DNA of 64,000 nt, taken from assembly GCF_964355755.1 (NCBI RefSeq), contig NC_092676.1:3697888-3761887 (forward strand), read 5' to 3'. The notes below the pieces were generated by a model, which saw only the letters and a program-made list of their open reading frames with translations, ran no database searches and was not told the origin of the DNA. The DNA comes from Antedon mediterranea (taxonomy: Eukaryota > Animalia > Echinodermata). Below, one piece after another: positions 61,012 to 64,000 of the stretch (position 1 is its first letter; every line of letters begins with the position of its first letter). The position numbers were made by a program, and so were the translations under genes.

Positions 61012-63776
61012 ATGCCTCTTAAAATGGATTTGAGCCATTTCGTGCCAAAGAAGGTAAAAGAATGTGACCGAAAGTTACGAGAAAAAGATGAAAAAATAAC
61101 TTTATTAAAGACCGAAAATGCAATGTTACATCTCAAATTGGCACAGGTAGGTAAACAGAGCCGATATTATTTTAATTAAATAATTAAATAAAAATTAAAA
61201 GGTAATTTTGATTTAGTAAAACTATTATTTTGATTATAAAGTACCATTTTGACTTAAATAACACATTGAAAATATTAATCATTAATTGTTTTTTCTTCAG
61301 CTTCAAGGTCAAATACAGAGTTCACATCGGGAAGCAAATCTAGCAAAAGAGCTTCTTGGAATTGAAAACAATTCATTTAAAATTAAACCAGAATCACTTC
61401 TACATCTCAAGAAACGAATCAAGGTTAAATTTAAAACCTCTATATCTTGTGCTTTTCATGGATAAACCATTTATATGCCTTTCTTAAGAGAAGCCAATAT
61501 AAATGTCATTATGAATCCCTATAACAAAATGGTACAACCCATAATTATTTCCTTTTGACACAGCAAATTTCAGGAAATGATCGTTTTTTAATGATGTTGC
61601 AATTGAATTTATTTATTATAATATTATTCTGGATTGCACAATAAAGTCAGACAGACCTCTTTGGCCGGCTACGTCCCGGAATATAATTTTAATTTGATTT
61701 TTGGTTTAGGAATTGAAAGAAGAACTCCAGACTCTAAAATCAAGTGTCAGAAATTTACCTGAAGTAATAAATGCTGATTTTCAGTGGGCTATCCAAAGGT
61801 CAACAGAGTTAGGTCAACGTATCATCTCAGATAACATTGATTTGCAAGGTAGACAAAAGCTCAATTTTACCATAATAGAATGTCGTTATATAATTTTATA
61901 AAATGTACAGAGTTAAAAGTTTTTTAATTAAATTATTAAATAGAAATTAATTATGTGTATTCCTTACTTTTATATAAAATAATATAATTTTAGTTATTTG
62001 CATTTTTTTTATAACTCTTTCAGAACTGCAAGAAAAGTTATCATTAGTCGAAGAAGAGTTAGTTGAAATGAAGGAAAGACATGCGAAGGAAAAGAGAAGA
62101 CGTCGTGATTTGCACAACACTTTAGTTGTAAGTTAATTGAGTCGTTCATTATTATTATTATTTATTCTTAAAGGCCCATTTACACTAGGGCGATAACGAT
62201 TGACGATAAAAAGATAAATATGCATTTTCCATACCTAAAACAAAAGAATTTTAAAAAGTTTTCATCCTAGAACTATAGGATTATCCTCTATGCTGCCTTT
62301 AATGAAAATAATATTTCCACACGTCTAATCAAATGACGTCATGATTAGTAAGAGCAATAATATCGTTACAATACAACGATTTTATGGTTTTATTGATCAT
62401 GACATCATTTGATTAAATTTTCAAAAATATTATTTTTATCAAATACAGCATACATGATTATCCTATAGTTATAGAACGAAAAGTGTTCTAATTTCTTTCG
62501 TTTTATCCAAGAAAAATGCATGTTTATCTATTTATCGTCGATCGTTATCGCCATAATGTAAATGGGCCTTTATACTGGGTAGTCTTTTCAGTCAATAACT
62601 GTACTAGTACTATGATTAGTTTATGACAGTGGCTGTGTGTGAACTAGTACTAGTACACCGGGGTAACCCTTACTCGTCTCAAAAGATGTACTAGGTTCTT
62701 TAAAGTGCACATGAACTAGTTGTGTACACTGGACCTACGGTTTATAGTCCTTATCCGAAAAGACTTGTTCTACCATCAGAACCATGGAGCAAGTGAGCCT
62801 CAAACCCTTGCCGATGTTATGGGTATGTAATTACGATTCCACTGTCTTAACTCCTCGGCCATCCACTAGTTCAAACAATCTTAATCATTCATTCCACTAT
62901 TATATAAACCCATGCTGGCTAGTTGTGGTGCCAGGTAGCGAGAAGTCAGGGTCTTGTGTAAGTTTAGCAATACTTGATCTATCAGTTAAATACATTTTGG
63001 TGGCAGCTTGCCAGAGCCTATTCCACGAATGTCTGGTGTTTAGGGTGGGAGCAGCTCAATACAAAGATGAAAGTTGTTTTATTTGGCAAATACAAAGTCC
63101 ACTGCTTATTGAAACTGTTGAGACTGTATAAAAAACACATTATAAATATGAATACATCATCTATCATATAACACCTATGAATTCCTGATTGGACGATTGT
63201 GGGTCACATGGCGTGCAATAGTACGTACTATTGAACAACCATTCAATAGTATTTTTCTCAATTTTTCGTGTATGGACCACTGTGATGGTACTAATAATGG
63301 CATTTGGTGAAATATAACCTTTCGTGATTCACCTCATGCCATTATTTGTACCATTGCACTAATAAACATTCATTATTTGTATATTATTATATGTACTACA
63401 TACAAATGAATTTGTGTCTTTCATGTAGGAGCTCCGGGGTAATATTAGAGTACATTGTCGTACGAGACCCCTCTTAGAGTTTGATACAGGAAAGCATGAT
63501 GTGAGTAGCCTGGGCGATGTCGGAACACCATCTGAAGAAGTCATTACAGTTATCAATGATGTAAGTGACAGGTTGAGTTTATTTATGATATTTATTATAT
63601 AATTTATCATAAATATAATAGATGTATATTAAGCAGATTTATTTGTAAATTGTTTGATTATAAACTTTATCAGATGAAAATAAAAAACAGTTTTGTATCA
63701 AATTTTAGGAAAACCTTATTGTAAAAGCAATCAAGAGCTGGCAGTCAACCACTCCAAAGAATTTTGAATTTGAAAG
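61012..63776 (+). CDS. KIF25: Kinesin-14 family C-terminal motor, KIF25-like, 5' part only
   Basis: Exons 61012-61146, 61301-61423, 61710-61848, 62024-62127, 63429-63560, 63709-63776; neck RRRDLHNTLV|ELRGNIRVHCRTRP is diagnostic of kinesin-14; the N-terminal TENAMLHLKLA resembles KIF25 (recalled, not searched). Confidence 0.8.
62172..62569. mobile_element. PIF/Harbinger-like palindromic MITE in a kinesin intron
   Basis: TAA|AGGCCCATTTACA..GGCGATAACGAT ... ATCGTTATCGCC..TGTAAATGGGCCT|TTA; imperfect inverted symmetry along its length. Confidence 0.75.
62655..62850 (-). mobile_element. Probable SINE remnant
   Basis: ggacctacggtttatagtccttatccga resembles conserved central domains of invertebrate SINEs (recalled); the head is degraded. 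Confidence 0.4.
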
Positions 63777-64000
63777 GTTTGTAGGAAATTTTAAAAAGAT
63801 TATTAAGCAATAAAACCAATTTGAATTTGTGTTTTTTTTAGTAAATGCGCACCTTCTTTAATGGCCAAAATTTGTTCGTTTTCTTGTCTTTTGTCTTTGT
63901 CTCTATTCTCATATATTTTGGCAAATTGCCAAGGATAACCATAAGCAAATTCATTCACTATCCTTCTTAAAGGCGGAAATCCCGTTCACGAGACAAACAT

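Overview
AT-rich animal genomic DNA, probably from an invertebrate (echinoderm-like is a guess from repeat and domain style). The first ~55.6 kb is a head-to-tail, all plus-strand cluster of about 14 loci encoding immunoglobulin-superfamily type I receptors: signal peptide, V-like domain, 0-3 further Ig-like domains, TM and a tyrosine-rich tail. The loci include intact genes, frameshifted copies and remnants. Each coding region is a single uninterrupted ORF. The cluster is built from about five iterations of a three-gene cassette that I label D-B-A. V-domain loops are highly variable in sequence and length. A ~150-nt near-invariant block in the middle of the genes appears to join different 5' halves to different tails (ITIM-like tail, YVN tandem-repeat tail, ENEIY-repeat tail behind a shared stop). 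A palindrome+CCAAT motif precedes nearly every locus. Interspersed elements: a gag-less DIRS retrotransposon nested in a LINE, a near-intact two-ORF LINE inserted in a tRNA-derived SINE, truncated LINEs, MITEs and a 21-unit 62-bp stem-loop array. The last 8 kb holds two ordinary intron-containing genes in head-to-head orientation: SCI1-like (minus) and a kinesin-14, KIF25-like (plus, truncated by the window end).
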